A stretch of 64,000 nt of DNA from positions 71,716-135,715 of the IMG/VR virus record IMGVR_UViG_3300037067_005321, one strand, 5' to 3'. Origin of the DNA: a virus. Its lineage: Duplodnaviria > Caudoviricetes. The notes beneath the pieces were generated by a model. It ran no database searches, was not told the origin of the DNA, and worked only from the letters and a program-made list of their open reading frames with translations. Every line of letters starts with the position of its first letter. Position 1 is the stretch's first letter. A program made the position numbers and the translations under genes. This document shows, one piece after another, positions 1-10,887 of the stretch.

Positions 1-335
1 TCTTAAAAGAGAACATTTAAGAATACATTTTAAATCCAATGTATTAAATCTACAGCGATTAATTACATTTACAAATGGGGAATATGCTTCTAAAACATGG
101 CAAAATTCCTTTTCAATTTACTATAAGGATTTAGATGATGTAGCAATTAACAGAATTCTTTTTCGTGTAGACGCATTTGCAATTTTAAAATAAACGGGAG
201 GATAAAAATCATGCTAGTCAGAACAATTTTATCAGCAATATTTTTGTTTATATGGATATATGCATTGACTTTTATTGCATTTCTTTATTAGTTAATTTAT
301 CAGACTAATTATAAACTATTTAAAACATTAACAAT

Positions 336-598
336 TTCAGTTCGTAAAGGACATTATAGGAGATTATCATGATAGATAAAAACAAAGTACAGGAAAAAAA
401 AATGTACTCAATAAGATACATAAGTAAGAGGGGCTTCATTATTGAAGTATTGACAGAAAAATTAGAAGACATCATCGAAACGTTGTCAAACAGAAAAAGA
501 GATATTGACACATTATTGTTAATAACTCTAGCTAATTAAACTATTATAATTATTAACATTATTCAGTTCGTAAAGGACATTATAAGGAGATTATTATG
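336..598 (+). repeat. direct repeat TTCAGTTCGTAAAGGACATTATA + RBS upstream of two consecutive genes (336-358, 562-584)
   Basis: 23-nt exact repeat, each copy followed by GGAGATTAT and a start codon. Confidence 0.85.
369..539 (+). CDS. small early hypothetical protein (56 aa), not in the ORF track
   Basis: GGAG RBS, ATG at 369, TAA at 537-539; N-terminus MIDKNKVQEKKM resembles MEKSKVQEQEM of the next gene. Confidence 0.6.
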   Translation: MIDKNKVQEKKMYSIRYISKRGFIIEVLTEKLEDIIETLSNRKRDIDTLLLITLAN

Positions 599-1111
599 GA
601 AAAGAGTAAAGTACAAGAACAGGAGATGGATGTAGTAAGTTTTATTAACAATCTGCCAATTCAGAAGAGGATTGATGCCTATAAAAAACTTGGCATGGTC
701 CTTACTCAGGAAATGATTGATTTTCAAAAGAATCATATCAGCGATTTCTTTGCTGATATAGCCAAGAACGTCCCGGATAATTCACTGGGATTGACACCTG
801 AAACTATCAAGAACTGGCTGACTGAGAAATACAATGATTCTTTTCTCGACGGTGTATCTGAGATTGATTACATCAGCAAAAAGGCTGAAAATCTTCTGAC
901 GGTGCACCCGGAAACTGCGCTTGTCAGGACATTCAAGGTGGGCAATAAAAATGCACATATCGTTATTAAATGTTCCAATCCAAAACAGAAATTGACCGCT
1001 GAACAGAGAAAGGCAAGATTGCTTCAGGAATTGGCAGCCGTCGAACGTGCTGAACAGAAGAGGATAGAACGCAAAGACAAGATCAGTGAAGCTCTGAAAA
1101 AGATTAAGTAA
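596..1111 (+). CDS. hypothetical protein with C-terminal coiled coil
   Basis: 171-aa ORF, AAGGAG RBS, GC-richer codons than neighbours. Confidence 0.8.
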   Translation: MEKSKVQEQEMDVVSFINNLPIQKRIDAYKKLGMVLTQEMIDFQKNHISDFFADIAKNVPDNSLGLTPETIKNWLTEKYNDSFLDGVSEIDYISKKAENLLTVHPETALVRTFKVGNKNAHIVIKCSNPKQKLTAEQRKARLLQELAAVERAEQKRIERKDKISEALKKIK

Positions 1112-1125
1112 TTTGCTGATTTATC

Positions 1126-1150
1126 GGGAGGATATAGAAAATATCCTCCC
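1126..1150 (+). terminator. stem-loop after ORF 596 (terminator or processing site)
   Basis: GGGAGGATAT-AGAAA-ATATCCTCCC, extendable outward with G-U pairs; no U-tract. Confidence 0.5.
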
Positions 1151-1387
1151 CATTAAGTTAGTAAATATTAACCTGTAAAATGAAAGGAAAAGAATATGAA
1201 TAAAACAATTATCCTCTTAATTTACAAAGACAGTAGGATGTTTGTAGATACAATTTTAAATTTTAAAAATAACTGTTTTACCTGTGATAAAACAGATTGC
1301 AATGATTGCAATCTGTTTAAGGATTTAAAAGCAGGTAGTCCTTCACTTTGTGATTTAGAGAAATAAATCAACAAATAAGTAGTCTTC

Positions 1388-1423
1388 AAAGCCTGTATCT
1401 TTAATTAGATACAGGCTTTTTTT
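1388..1423 (+). terminator. intrinsic terminator
   Basis: AAAGCCTGTATCT-TTAATT-AGATACAGGCTTT followed by a T run. Confidence 0.85.
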
Positions 1424-1589
1424 ATGTCTATAAGTAGAGAAACAATTTCTTTTCTTAAAACCTTTAACAGGAGATAAAATAATGAAATGCATTGAATGCA
1501 AAAACTATGACAGAAAAACAAAGAAGTGTAAAATCACTAATCTTTTTACAGCAAGAAAAAAGGAATGTGATACCAAAAAGTAACATTTT

Positions 1590-1635
1590 AATCCCTCAGT
1601 GATTAATTTCACTGAGGGATTCTTATTCTTTTCTT
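1590..1635 (+). terminator. intrinsic terminator
   Basis: ATCCCTCAGTGA-TTAATT-TCACTGAGGGAT followed by a T-rich tail. Confidence 0.75.
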
Positions 1636-1966
1636 AATTCTTTTTATTCAGGATTATTTTTTATGTTATGTTCTATTTTCTTTTTGAGATTAAACATGTT
1701 TTTGCAGGTCTTCGTGGTTCCAGAAAATCGACTGATAGAAATAGATATGAATTTATAAACAGGAAAATTGAAAAACTGATTTCCTGTAACTTATATAAAT
1801 GATCAAATGGTAATAGATTACACACTTATAAAAAATAGTCCTTAGAAAATAATCTGTTTTTTTGAATATTGAAAAAATAATATATAATAATATCAACTAG
1901 TTAATTTTTCGACTTTCAAAAACATAGTTTATAGGGTATTTTTTTGACTTTTGTTTAAGTTACGAT

Positions 1967-2578
1967 ATGGAGATAATTATGACTGATATATTAGAGAAAT
2001 ATGGATATAAAAAGACTTATTTATTGAGAAAAAGTAAAAAAGTAAATAATACTGGTGATCTGAATAAGGATATACAGATCATAGAAAAGAAGATATCCCA
2101 TGTGGATATTCCAAAAGAGGATAATTTCATATCTCCATATTACCCTGATGAGAAAAAACCTTATAATATTGTAGATTTAACTCCATACAAAGGTTATCAT
2201 AGTCTCCCTGATTACATACCAATAAAGAAACAACAACAAATTGAGAATAGGTATATAGATGGAACATTAAAACCTATCTCTAAAACATATACTGATTCAC
2301 AATTCTTCAAAATGTATAATGATATCTTACCCTTATACTATAAAGACAGAAGACCTAAGATATTGCAAGGTGAGCGTATATCCTTCATGCTAAAACTGCA
2401 TTTAGGCATTAAGGATAAACCTATAATCAAGAAGGAAATGCAGGATATTTCCCTATTGGATTATAAGGATTACAATATTCCATTCAGGACTTATTCCCTA
2501 ATTACTGATAATAGGATGAAGTCATATTCCTATATTATTCCTATGAGATATACAGTATTGTATCACATGGTAAAATGA
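1967..2578 (+). CDS. hypothetical protein (start probably 1979)
   Basis: long ORF; GGAG precedes the second ATG. Confidence 0.65.
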   Translation: MEIIMTDILEKYGYKKTYLLRKSKKVNNTGDLNKDIQIIEKKISHVDIPKEDNFISPYYPDEKKPYNIVDLTPYKGYHSLPDYIPIKKQQQIENRYIDGTLKPISKTYTDSQFFKMYNDILPLYYKDRRPKILQGERISFMLKLHLGIKDKPIIKKEMQDISLLDYKDYNIPFRTYSLITDNRMKSYSYIIPMRYTVLYHMVK

Positions 2579-2930
2579 TATCATAATGATATCATTTATA
2601 TTTAATTAATATTATTAATCCTTTATGGAGGTTTTTATTATGTATAGAATAGTTTATTATAATATTAATATTAAACTTAAGCATAAATTAGAATATCTTA
2701 ATAAAGATTATAATATGTTTATATCTGATCTTATATGGTTGTATAAATATGAAAAAAATATTGGTATATCTAAATATTAAAGAGGAGTTTATTATGTATA
2801 AAATTATATTTTATAATTCTTCAACTGATAGTAAAATTCAGGCATTGTTTGACACATGTAATATGCTTAAAAAAGCATTGTCTATTTTAAGACAAAATAA
2901 TTCTAAAGTCTTAGGAATATCTAAATATTA

Positions 2931-3374
2931 ATGAGGTTTATTATGAAACCAGTAACTATTTTTCATAGTGGATATTTATCAAACATATTTAATCCTGATT
3001 CATTAGTTAGAACAGTAAATAGAACTAATGAAAGATTAAAAATATTTAGATTCAGGAAAAAGTTTGATGCAATAGCTTTTTCTGGTAACTCCGGTGCTGG
3101 AATTTGTTATCCATTATCATATATGTATAAATGGCCTATTATCTGTGTTAGAAAAGAAGAATTATCTCATGGTTGTGATATAGAAGGAACAAGAGCAGAA
3201 ATTAAAAAATATGTGATAGTGGATGATTTTATTAATTCTGGAAACACTGTCAAAAGAATAATAGATAAATTATTACCTGCTTCATGTGTTGGAATATATA
3301 TTTACAATGAAGATAAATTTCTATACTATAATTATAAAGAAGATGTTTTATTGGAGGTTAAAATTGGAAAATGA
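2931..3374 (+). CDS. type I phosphoribosyltransferase-like protein
   Basis: PRPP-binding motif VIVDDFINSGNT; VRKE-x-SHG loop as in orotate PRTases. Confidence 0.85.
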   Translation: MRFIMKPVTIFHSGYLSNIFNPDSLVRTVNRTNERLKIFRFRKKFDAIAFSGNSGAGICYPLSYMYKWPIICVRKEELSHGCDIEGTRAEIKKYVIVDDFINSGNTVKRIIDKLLPASCVGIYIYNEDKFLYYNYKEDVLLEVKIGK

Positions 3375-3495
3375 AATATTGTGTGAAAATGGTATGCATA
3401 TTATTGAATTTGATTATGAATTAGAAGAAATTATTAATCTTTTAGAAGAAGAATTAGGAGATGATATTATTAACAATTTAAATGGAGGATAAATT

Positions 3496-4062
3496 ATGAA
3501 ATTAATAAATAATTATTGGGTTGATGAAAATAATAATAAATGGAATGAAGCAAATTGTTCTGAGGAACAAGCAATTGAGAATTCTAAATCATTAATAAAT
3601 TGTTCTCATTGTTCTGATTCTTCTGATTTATTTTATTGTTCTTATTGTTTTAATTGTTCTGATTTATTTCATTGTTTTAATTGTTCTGATTTATTTCATT
3701 GTTCTGATTGTTCTTATTCTTCTAATTTATCTCATTGTTCTCGTTGTTCTTATTCTTCTAATTTATCTCATTGTTCTTATTGTTCTGATTGTTCTTATTC
3801 TTCTAATTTATCTCATTGTTCTCGTTGTTCTGATTTTAAAAGTAATCCTCAAAGAATAGTATCAGATAATATTGGTTCAAGAAAATCACAAACTACTATA
3901 TATTTTAATAATGAAAAAACTTTAGTAATTTGTGGATGTTATAAAGGAACTTTACAAGAATTTAAAGATAGAGTTTGTAATGTATATTCAAAAGATACTT
4001 TGTATTACAAAGAGTATTTTAATTTTATTAACCGTATAGAAAAATATATTAAAGGAGAATAA
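3496..4062 (+). CDS. Cys/Ser-rich repeat protein with conserved phage C-terminal domain
   Basis: tandem CSx/SSNLSH repeats, then IGSR...TTIY...CGCYKGTLQEF domain often fused to repeat regions in phages. Confidence 0.75.
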   Translation: MKLINNYWVDENNNKWNEANCSEEQAIENSKSLINCSHCSDSSDLFYCSYCFNCSDLFHCFNCSDLFHCSDCSYSSNLSHCSRCSYSSNLSHCSYCSDCSYSSNLSHCSRCSDFKSNPQRIVSDNIGSRKSQTTIYFNNEKTLVICGCYKGTLQEFKDRVCNVYSKDTLYYKEYFNFINRIEKYIKGE

Positions 4063-4181
4063 ATTATGAAACATGTATTTAAACCGACTATTTATGATAG
4101 ATTAATAAGGAAGGAAGGAAAACAGCAGGATGCTATTATCAAACTTATTAAACTAGCTAATAAGGAAAGGATAATTAAAAA

Positions 4182-4367
4182 ATGAATAGAATCATTATTA
4201 TCATTGCTCTTTTATTAACAGTTTTTATAATAGGAATAGGTGGAAGTCTTATATCAATGATTTATGGTTGGGGATTAATGCCTAAAAGTTTTCCAATTAT
4301 AATTATTGTGTATATTGTCGTAACAGTTATTATAACATTTATTATGGAGGCTATAAAGAAATTATGA
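4182..4367 (+). CDS. small membrane protein
   Basis: two hydrophobic helices, RBS present. Confidence 0.6.
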   Translation: MNRIIIIIALLLTVFIIGIGGSLISMIYGWGLMPKSFPIIIIVYIVVTVIITFIMEAIKKL

Positions 4368-4959
4368 TCAAAATATCTCATACTAATTATGGAAATAAAT
4401 CTTATTATGAAATCATAGGTAAAAATGGAAGACCTATGATATTTAAATTTCAAACTTTAGATAGTTTGAAAAAGTATCTAAATAAATAATATCTTTCTCC
4501 CATATTAATTTATGGGAGATTATTTAAGTATATAATATTATTATATATTTAAGTAATCTTAATTGGAGGATGTATGGATAGATTACAACATATCTTCAAT
4601 CCGGTGCATATCTATTGTAGATTAGTAGATATATGTTTATTCCTTCACTTAAACTATAAACAATCTAAAACAGTAGCAACAATAATAATAAATAAAATCA
4701 ATAATTTATTAATAACAATATTATATTAAAAGGGGATAATTATGAGTAAGTATATTATACAACAAAAATCTACTATTTTTCCATTTTTTAGAGATTTTGG
4801 TAATGAATCATTTACTGATATTAATGAAGCAAGAAAAGAAAGAGATAAGCTAACAGAGATATCTATTAAAGAATATAATTCAATGTATGATTATATTATA
4901 ATAAAACGTACTGAAAACATAGATATAGTTATATAAAAACTTATATTAAGGAGATAACT

Positions 4960-5346
4960 ATGACAAGAGATTATGATAGACATATATATTTATATGCAAA
5001 GAATTGGTATAAAAGAACTGATTTAATTGAAGATTTAAAAAAACTTCTTTCAGTTAGATCAGGTATACCCCAGGAGTATATATCAACAGAAAATATAGTA
5101 CATGTATTATCTAATATAACATCAAATTATATAGGTACACCTGATAAAGCAGAAAGATTTATTGATGATTTACATCATAGATACACATTTAATAAATACT
5201 TTATTAATGAAGAGAGTTCTTTTGAAGAAACTTTGATAACTACAATGTTATCTATATTAGCATTTTTAGAAGTAAAAGATATTCCATTTGAATTAGGTGA
5301 ACCGGATTATAATATATTACCAAAAAAGGATGATATTAAATCATGA
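4960..5346 (+). CDS. hypothetical protein
   Basis: 128-aa ORF with GGAG RBS. Confidence 0.7.
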   Translation: MTRDYDRHIYLYAKNWYKRTDLIEDLKKLLSVRSGIPQEYISTENIVHVLSNITSNYIGTPDKAERFIDDLHHRYTFNKYFINEESSFEETLITTMLSILAFLEVKDIPFELGEPDYNILPKKDDIKS

Positions 5347-5551
5347 GAAAACCAAAAGAAAATTTTACTACTAAAATGTTCTTTTCTTATGAAAAGAAAC
5401 AAAATGAATTAATCAGGCTTATTCAGAATAGTATAGATGTAAGAACGTCTAAAATGCCATTATATCATCATATAGATAATGGTAATAGAATAATATCAAC
5501 TTATTCAGGTAATTGGAAAGCTAACAATTTAATATAGAGGAGAATATTATT

Positions 5552-6034
5552 ATGAAATTTAAAATTAAGAAAAAGTTTAGAACAATAGATTTTTATGATT
5601 ACATAAAAACACAGGGAAGGGACAATTGTAAAGAATTTGAAAGGGATATGATAGACTTTACTAATGGTGAAAGTATATTTATTGAATGGTCACGCCATGA
5701 GGAATGTAATAACTCCAATTATAAACTTGGAAACCTTTTACAAGATCCAAATAGAAATAATTTTAGAAAATATATGATACAGGGTGGATTTATAGAGAAA
5801 GATGAACCTGAAGTATTTTATAAGGTAGGAGATAAAATTAAAACAGTATTTACTCCTAGTAATACAAAAGATACTTATATGATATCTCATATAGGATCAT
5901 TTAATATTATTTTAATAAATATAGAAAATGGAAATGCATTTTTATTTACATCTATTCATGTAAATAATACCAGTAATATCGAAAAACATATTATTGAAAA
6001 ATATCTTGGTAGTGATTATAAAATTATAGAATAA
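5552..6034 (+). CDS. hypothetical protein
   Basis: 160-aa ORF with GAGGAG RBS. Confidence 0.7.
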   Translation: MKFKIKKKFRTIDFYDYIKTQGRDNCKEFERDMIDFTNGESIFIEWSRHEECNNSNYKLGNLLQDPNRNNFRKYMIQGGFIEKDEPEVFYKVGDKIKTVFTPSNTKDTYMISHIGSFNIILINIENGNAFLFTSIHVNNTSNIEKHIIEKYLGSDYKIIE

Positions 6035-6162
6035 ATAATATCATTTGCAGTGTGGGAGAAGAATTTTATTCTCCCATTCTTTTAATCATATTATCCTTTG
6101 TGGTTTTTTGGGGCCTGCACATTTTAATATATTGAAATGATTATAAATTTTCTGGGGTAGAA

Positions 6163-7500
6163 ATGGAAAAAGAAAAACAGATAATGCAGAAATTAATAGA
6201 TAATGGTTATCAAGCTTATGTCACAGGTGGTGCTGTGCGTGATATTGTAATGAATAAAACTCCATCGGATTATGACTTGGTTACAAATGCAAGACCTAAT
6301 CAAATTATTGAGTTATTTCAATCACACAAATGTGATTTAGTAGGTCAATCCTTTGGTGTTGTTATTGTGGATAATATTGAGGTAGCTACATTTAGAAAAG
6401 ATAAATACAATGGATTATCAGATAAAGATGTAGTTATTACATATTCAGATACATTAGAAGAGGATTCAGAACGCAGAGATTTCTCTTTTAATTCTCTCTA
6501 TATGGATATTAATGGAAATATTATTGACCCTCAAAATGGATTATCTGATATAAATAATAAAATAGTAAGATTTATTGGTAATCCAGATGATAGAATTTAT
6601 GAAGACCCTAATAGAATTTTACGAGCTATCAGATTTAAAAATCAATTTAACTTCACATATGATTTTCTTACTGAAAATTCTATTATATATAATAGGAATT
6701 TAGTATCAAATATCGCACGTGAACGAATTCGTGTGGAACTACTCAAGTTATTAAAGAATCGAAAATCAAGCGGTTTTTTTGCTGATTTAAGAAGATTTGA
6801 TATATTGAAATATATATTTCCTTCACTTAATAATTGCTATAATATTAAGCATGATAATAAATATCATAGAGAAGATATATTTACTCATTGTCTTAATGTT
6901 GGAGATAGAATATCCTGTAGATATCCATTATTGAAACTGGTAGGCTATTTACATGATGTAGGCAAGGCTGATGCCAAAAAATGGAATTTAGACAGGAATG
7001 AGTTTGCTTTTATTGAACATGAATTGTTAGCATTGCCATTATTAGATAAAGAATTGGAATCATTGAAGTTTTCTACTGATGAAAAAAAGTACATCCTTAA
7101 AATGACTGAGTATCATATGTCAAGTGTATTTGATTCTAAAAAAGAAGGTAAAAAAAGAATAATTAAAAGATTAGGAGAAAATGATATTGATTACAAGGAT
7201 TTAATCAGGTTTAAAATAGCTGATAGACATGGTGCAGAGAATAATAGGAAGAGAAATACTATTAGTGAAATCAAAGAGTTACTTAAACAATTTAAAGTAA
7301 TAATTGACTTCAAAGAACCTTGTTTTAAACGTGATTTGGCTATTAATGGATTTGATGTAATGAATATATTAGATATTAAACCAGGAAAAGATATAGGCAG
7401 AATTTTAAATGAATGTATGGAATTAGTATTACTTCATCCAGAACATAATAACTATGTAGATTTATCTTATTATATTAAGATGAAAGGTCAAAGATTATAA
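6163..7500 (+). CDS. cca: CCA-adding tRNA nucleotidyltransferase / poly(A) polymerase family with HD domain
   Basis: GGAVRD, DYD, EVATFR, RRDF, EDPNRILRAIRF, HD motif LHDVGK, C-terminal LAINGFD...PGKDIG. Confidence 0.93.
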   Translation: MEKEKQIMQKLIDNGYQAYVTGGAVRDIVMNKTPSDYDLVTNARPNQIIELFQSHKCDLVGQSFGVVIVDNIEVATFRKDKYNGLSDKDVVITYSDTLEEDSERRDFSFNSLYMDINGNIIDPQNGLSDINNKIVRFIGNPDDRIYEDPNRILRAIRFKNQFNFTYDFLTENSIIYNRNLVSNIARERIRVELLKLLKNRKSSGFFADLRRFDILKYIFPSLNNCYNIKHDNKYHREDIFTHCLNVGDRISCRYPLLKLVGYLHDVGKADAKKWNLDRNEFAFIEHELLALPLLDKELESLKFSTDEKKYILKMTEYHMSSVFDSKKEGKKRIIKRLGENDIDYKDLIRFKIADRHGAENNRKRNTISEIKELLKQFKVIIDFKEPCFKRDLAINGFDVMNILDIKPGKDIGRILNECMELVLLHPEHNNYVDLSYYIKMKGQRL

Positions 7501-7849
7501 TTAACTTTATAAAGGAGAAATAAATGAAAGCATTTATAGATGAAACTACGTCAACTGTTTATTTTTTTCACGCCGGTAAACTAGCAGCAATAGATTTAAG
7601 TACAGAAGATATAATATATGTTGAGGACTATTTAGATTCAAGTCTTTCAAATGAAGAATTAACAGTTATAATAAATAATTTAAAATAAAGGAGAAATAAT
7701 TATGGAAAATCAAGAAGTTAAAGAAGTAGTAGTCAAAACAAAGAAAGAGAAGAAGTATGATAAACACGACAGAAAAGTATTAGAAATGGAAGCTAAAAAT
7801 CCAAAGGCAGTATTAAAGATTGCAAGATTGAAAAAACAAAGAGATAATT

Positions 7850-8341
7850 TTGTTGACAGAGTATCTCGTGGGAGGGCATATTAATATGGATTGCAAAAAT
7901 TGTGCTAACTATAAACCTATTAAAGAAGAAGAATGCAAATTTAAAATAGGTGATAGAGTTAAAACTGTAAATGAATATTATGGTCCTTTTGGTAATAAAA
8001 CATTAATAGGAACTGTAATTTTTACTCGCAGTAGAAATCCAAATAAGTCTTATCTCATATCTATGCAACTAGATAATAATAAAGAAATGATAAATATAGA
8101 TGAAAACTGGCTTGAACTATATAATGAAAAAATATTAACTCTTAGGCTTTTAGATGGGCATATTCAAGAATTTAAAGAAGAAGAATTAATTCCATATGAA
8201 ACAATTATAATAAGTTGTATTGGAGAAAGAATTTTTGATGAATTTAAAAACAAGTCCACTTGGGTGAATACTAGTGATTATAATTTTTGGATAGGACATG
8301 ATTCTAAAAATCAATTAATAATAGTATTCACTAGAAAGTAA
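7850..8341 (+). CDS. hypothetical protein with SH3/KOW-like FKIGDRVK segment (start probably 7886)
   Basis: ORF track; GGAGG before MDCKNC. Confidence 0.6.
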   Translation: MLTEYLVGGHINMDCKNCANYKPIKEEECKFKIGDRVKTVNEYYGPFGNKTLIGTVIFTRSRNPNKSYLISMQLDNNKEMINIDENWLELYNEKILTLRLLDGHIQEFKEEELIPYETIIISCIGERIFDEFKNKSTWVNTSDYNFWIGHDSKNQLIIVFTRK

Positions 8342-8352
8342 TATTATCTGAG

Positions 8353-8388
8353 AATTGACACAAATATGTATATATATTTGTGTCAATT
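8353..8388. promoter_or_regulatory. perfect 15-bp inverted repeat containing TTGACA on both strands
   Basis: AATTGACACAAATAT-GTATAT-ATATTTGTGTCAATT. Confidence 0.6.
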
Positions 8389-9291
8389 TTATTGATTCTA
8401 TTAATGGAGGTAAAATGAAATATCAAGGTAAGTTTAATTTTTCTGGGCAAGTAATAACTTTATATACTGATGCTAAATCTAAATCAAGAGCATACTATAA
8501 TTTTATTACTAGATTATCTAAAATGGTCAACTATTCAACACAATTTTTAAAAAGTTATTTTGTATTTTATAAAAACAATTATAATATAATGGAGGTAAAA
8601 TGAAAATAAAAGATATCCAAAATAGGCAAGAATTAGTATTAATTACAGATTCACAGGAAATTAAAGCAGTTGCAGAAGGAATAGGAAAAGATCTATCTTG
8701 TTATGGATGTTTATTTGTAGAAATTATTGGTTGTGAATATGGAGATATTTATGCTTGTCTTAATAGTATCCCATATTTAGATCAGGAATTATTTAAGGTA
8801 AATAGTTATGTACAAAATTAAATATCATGGTATAAAAAGTGGGGTAATGTTTGAATGTAAATATAATTTATATTCAACTTTTCTATTATTACTTGAATTA
8901 TTACTAATTAATAGAGATTTATTTAAAGTAGATTATATTAAAAAGGAGAAATAAATGGATAATAAAGAATTAATTAATGATATTTTTATATTGAAACGCT
9001 GTCTTTATTGTGGTATGAGAGCTTATAATATAGGACCTTGTAAAATTAATTATTGTTTTTATTATCATCTATTAAAAAAGATATTAAGAAAAGACTATAA
9101 GGAGGAATAATTATGAATAAAGTAGAAGGAAAAGAGGTTAGAGAAGATACATATATCTTATATTTGGAAAATGTAATACTAGTAATAATAAAACAATTAT
9201 TTATACAAACTATTTTATCTCCTTCTTCTATAGAAAAGTGTTTAAAAATTAAGAAGGAAATTGAATTAAATCAATATAATAGAGGTATAAA

Positions 9292-9705
9292 ATGAGTGAA
9301 CCAGATAAAAATTGTAAAGATTCATTTTATGGTGCAAGAAGTGAATTAATATCTGCAATGTCTTCTTTACACATGGATGATGAAATTGATATTGATTGGA
9401 GTCCTATTTATAAATATCTTGAGGAAGAAACTGAGGAGGAAAGACTAGAAGAAAATATTCCTTTCTTAGATGAAAAATATACTTTTGCAAAACATGCAAA
9501 AGAACATTTGAAACAGGCAAATAGATATTTAACTCAGTTAGAAAAAGAACGTAGAAATTTTAAAAGTAATATATTCAATATTCTTTTAAATGAAAATAAT
9601 AGTCTTGAAGAAAAGAAGAGAGAAATTATTAATCTTATCATATATGATACAATTGAGAAAGATGAACTTTCTAACTTAAATCAATTTAATAAAAAGGAGA
9701 AATAA
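9292..9705 (+). CDS. hypothetical protein
   Basis: 137-aa ORF, GAGG RBS. Confidence 0.7.
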   Translation: MSEPDKNCKDSFYGARSELISAMSSLHMDDEIDIDWSPIYKYLEEETEEERLEENIPFLDEKYTFAKHAKEHLKQANRYLTQLEKERRNFKSNIFNILLNENNSLEEKKREIINLIIYDTIEKDELSNLNQFNKKEK

Positions 9706-9708
9706 ATT

Positions 9709-10668
9709 ATGAGTTATTCAGATATAATACAAAAGTTTGTAGAAGGTAGGACTAAAGATTTAGGAACTGGAAATGTGTTCATTAGGAATGATACTCTATT
9801 CAGTTATGGAACTCATTTTCCTTTACTGTTAAGAATGCCACATTGGAATGGATTTCTTTTAAATGCAGATAAATATTCAGTTTCTACTTCAAAACACCAA
9901 AGATGGTGCTTTAAATATGCTACTGTACAAATTCCTTTTAGTGCATTAATTCCAGCACTACAAGATAAGTTTCATGTTCATTATTCCAGTGATCTAAAAG
10001 AATTAAATCTTATTGACAAAGCTAAAGAAAAATGGGAGCTTGTTAGCTATTATAGAAAAGATGCAACTACAGATTGGAAAGTTAAACATATTTCTATAGC
10101 AGATTTTAATAAACTCGGTGAAGAAAAACAATATTATCAAAAACATGAAGAACGAAGACCAGAAGCATGTGTAATAGAATATAAAGGAAGATATTTTTTA
10201 TCATCTATGGATGAAGATCAATATTTTATATCTGAATTGCCAGAACCTTGTAAAACTGTAGAAGAGGCTTTTGATTCTCTTAAACCAAGAGAAATATTTA
10301 ATAATAATATTAAAGATTATCATAGACAAGGCGAATGGTTTTTTGTTGATCTTCAAATTCCAAAAAAGGAGGCAAAGAAAAGTTATGAATGTTTAGAAAA
10401 AGATTTTATTCTTCCAAGACCAGTAGATTCTGGGGGCAATCCATTAGGAAATAAACATATTGCTACTAGAGGAGGATTTGGTATGGACATTTTCTTTAAT
10501 GAGACTCCAAAAATATCAATTAATACTAAAACTTTAATTACTACAGGACAGATTAAACATCGTCAACACAAAATATTAAGATTATCTACATCTAAAGATA
10601 TTAAATTATTTGCTGCATTTAGAGGGAGAGATGTTCAATCTTGGTCTGCTAGTGGAAGAGTAGATTAG
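9709..10668 (+). CDS. conserved phage hypothetical protein (two-domain)
   Basis: N-terminal SYGTHFPL...YSVSTSKHQ motif; C-terminal RQGEWFF...H...HRQH...VD motif. Confidence 0.75.
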   Translation: MSYSDIIQKFVEGRTKDLGTGNVFIRNDTLFSYGTHFPLLLRMPHWNGFLLNADKYSVSTSKHQRWCFKYATVQIPFSALIPALQDKFHVHYSSDLKELNLIDKAKEKWELVSYYRKDATTDWKVKHISIADFNKLGEEKQYYQKHEERRPEACVIEYKGRYFLSSMDEDQYFISELPEPCKTVEEAFDSLKPREIFNNNIKDYHRQGEWFFVDLQIPKKEAKKSYECLEKDFILPRPVDSGGNPLGNKHIATRGGFGMDIFFNETPKISINTKTLITTGQIKHRQHKILRLSTSKDIKLFAAFRGRDVQSWSASGRVD

Positions 10669-10836
10669 AAAGGATATTAAATTGAAATCTGATAATAGAA
10701 AGATTATAGATACTAGTAAATTAATTGATATTAAATGTTCATGTGGGTCTAATAAATATAATATTATCAGTACAAAACAAGGAAAAATTGGTGTATGTAT
10801 TCTATGTGGTAGAAAAATAAATAAATAGTTTCTGAG

Positions 10837-10887
10837 ACATAGTAATTGCATTATAACATTGGGTCTGTTAGTGTGCAATTACTATGT
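10837..10887 (+). other. long intergenic hairpin (candidate RNase III-type site)
   Basis: ACATAGTAATTGCA ... TGCAATTACTATGT 14-bp perfect stem plus an inner stem. Confidence 0.6.

Noticed and set aside
3496-4062. Diversity-generating retroelement TR/VR
   Set aside because: Repeats are internal tandem units; no reverse transcriptase and no adenine-specific variant pair seen
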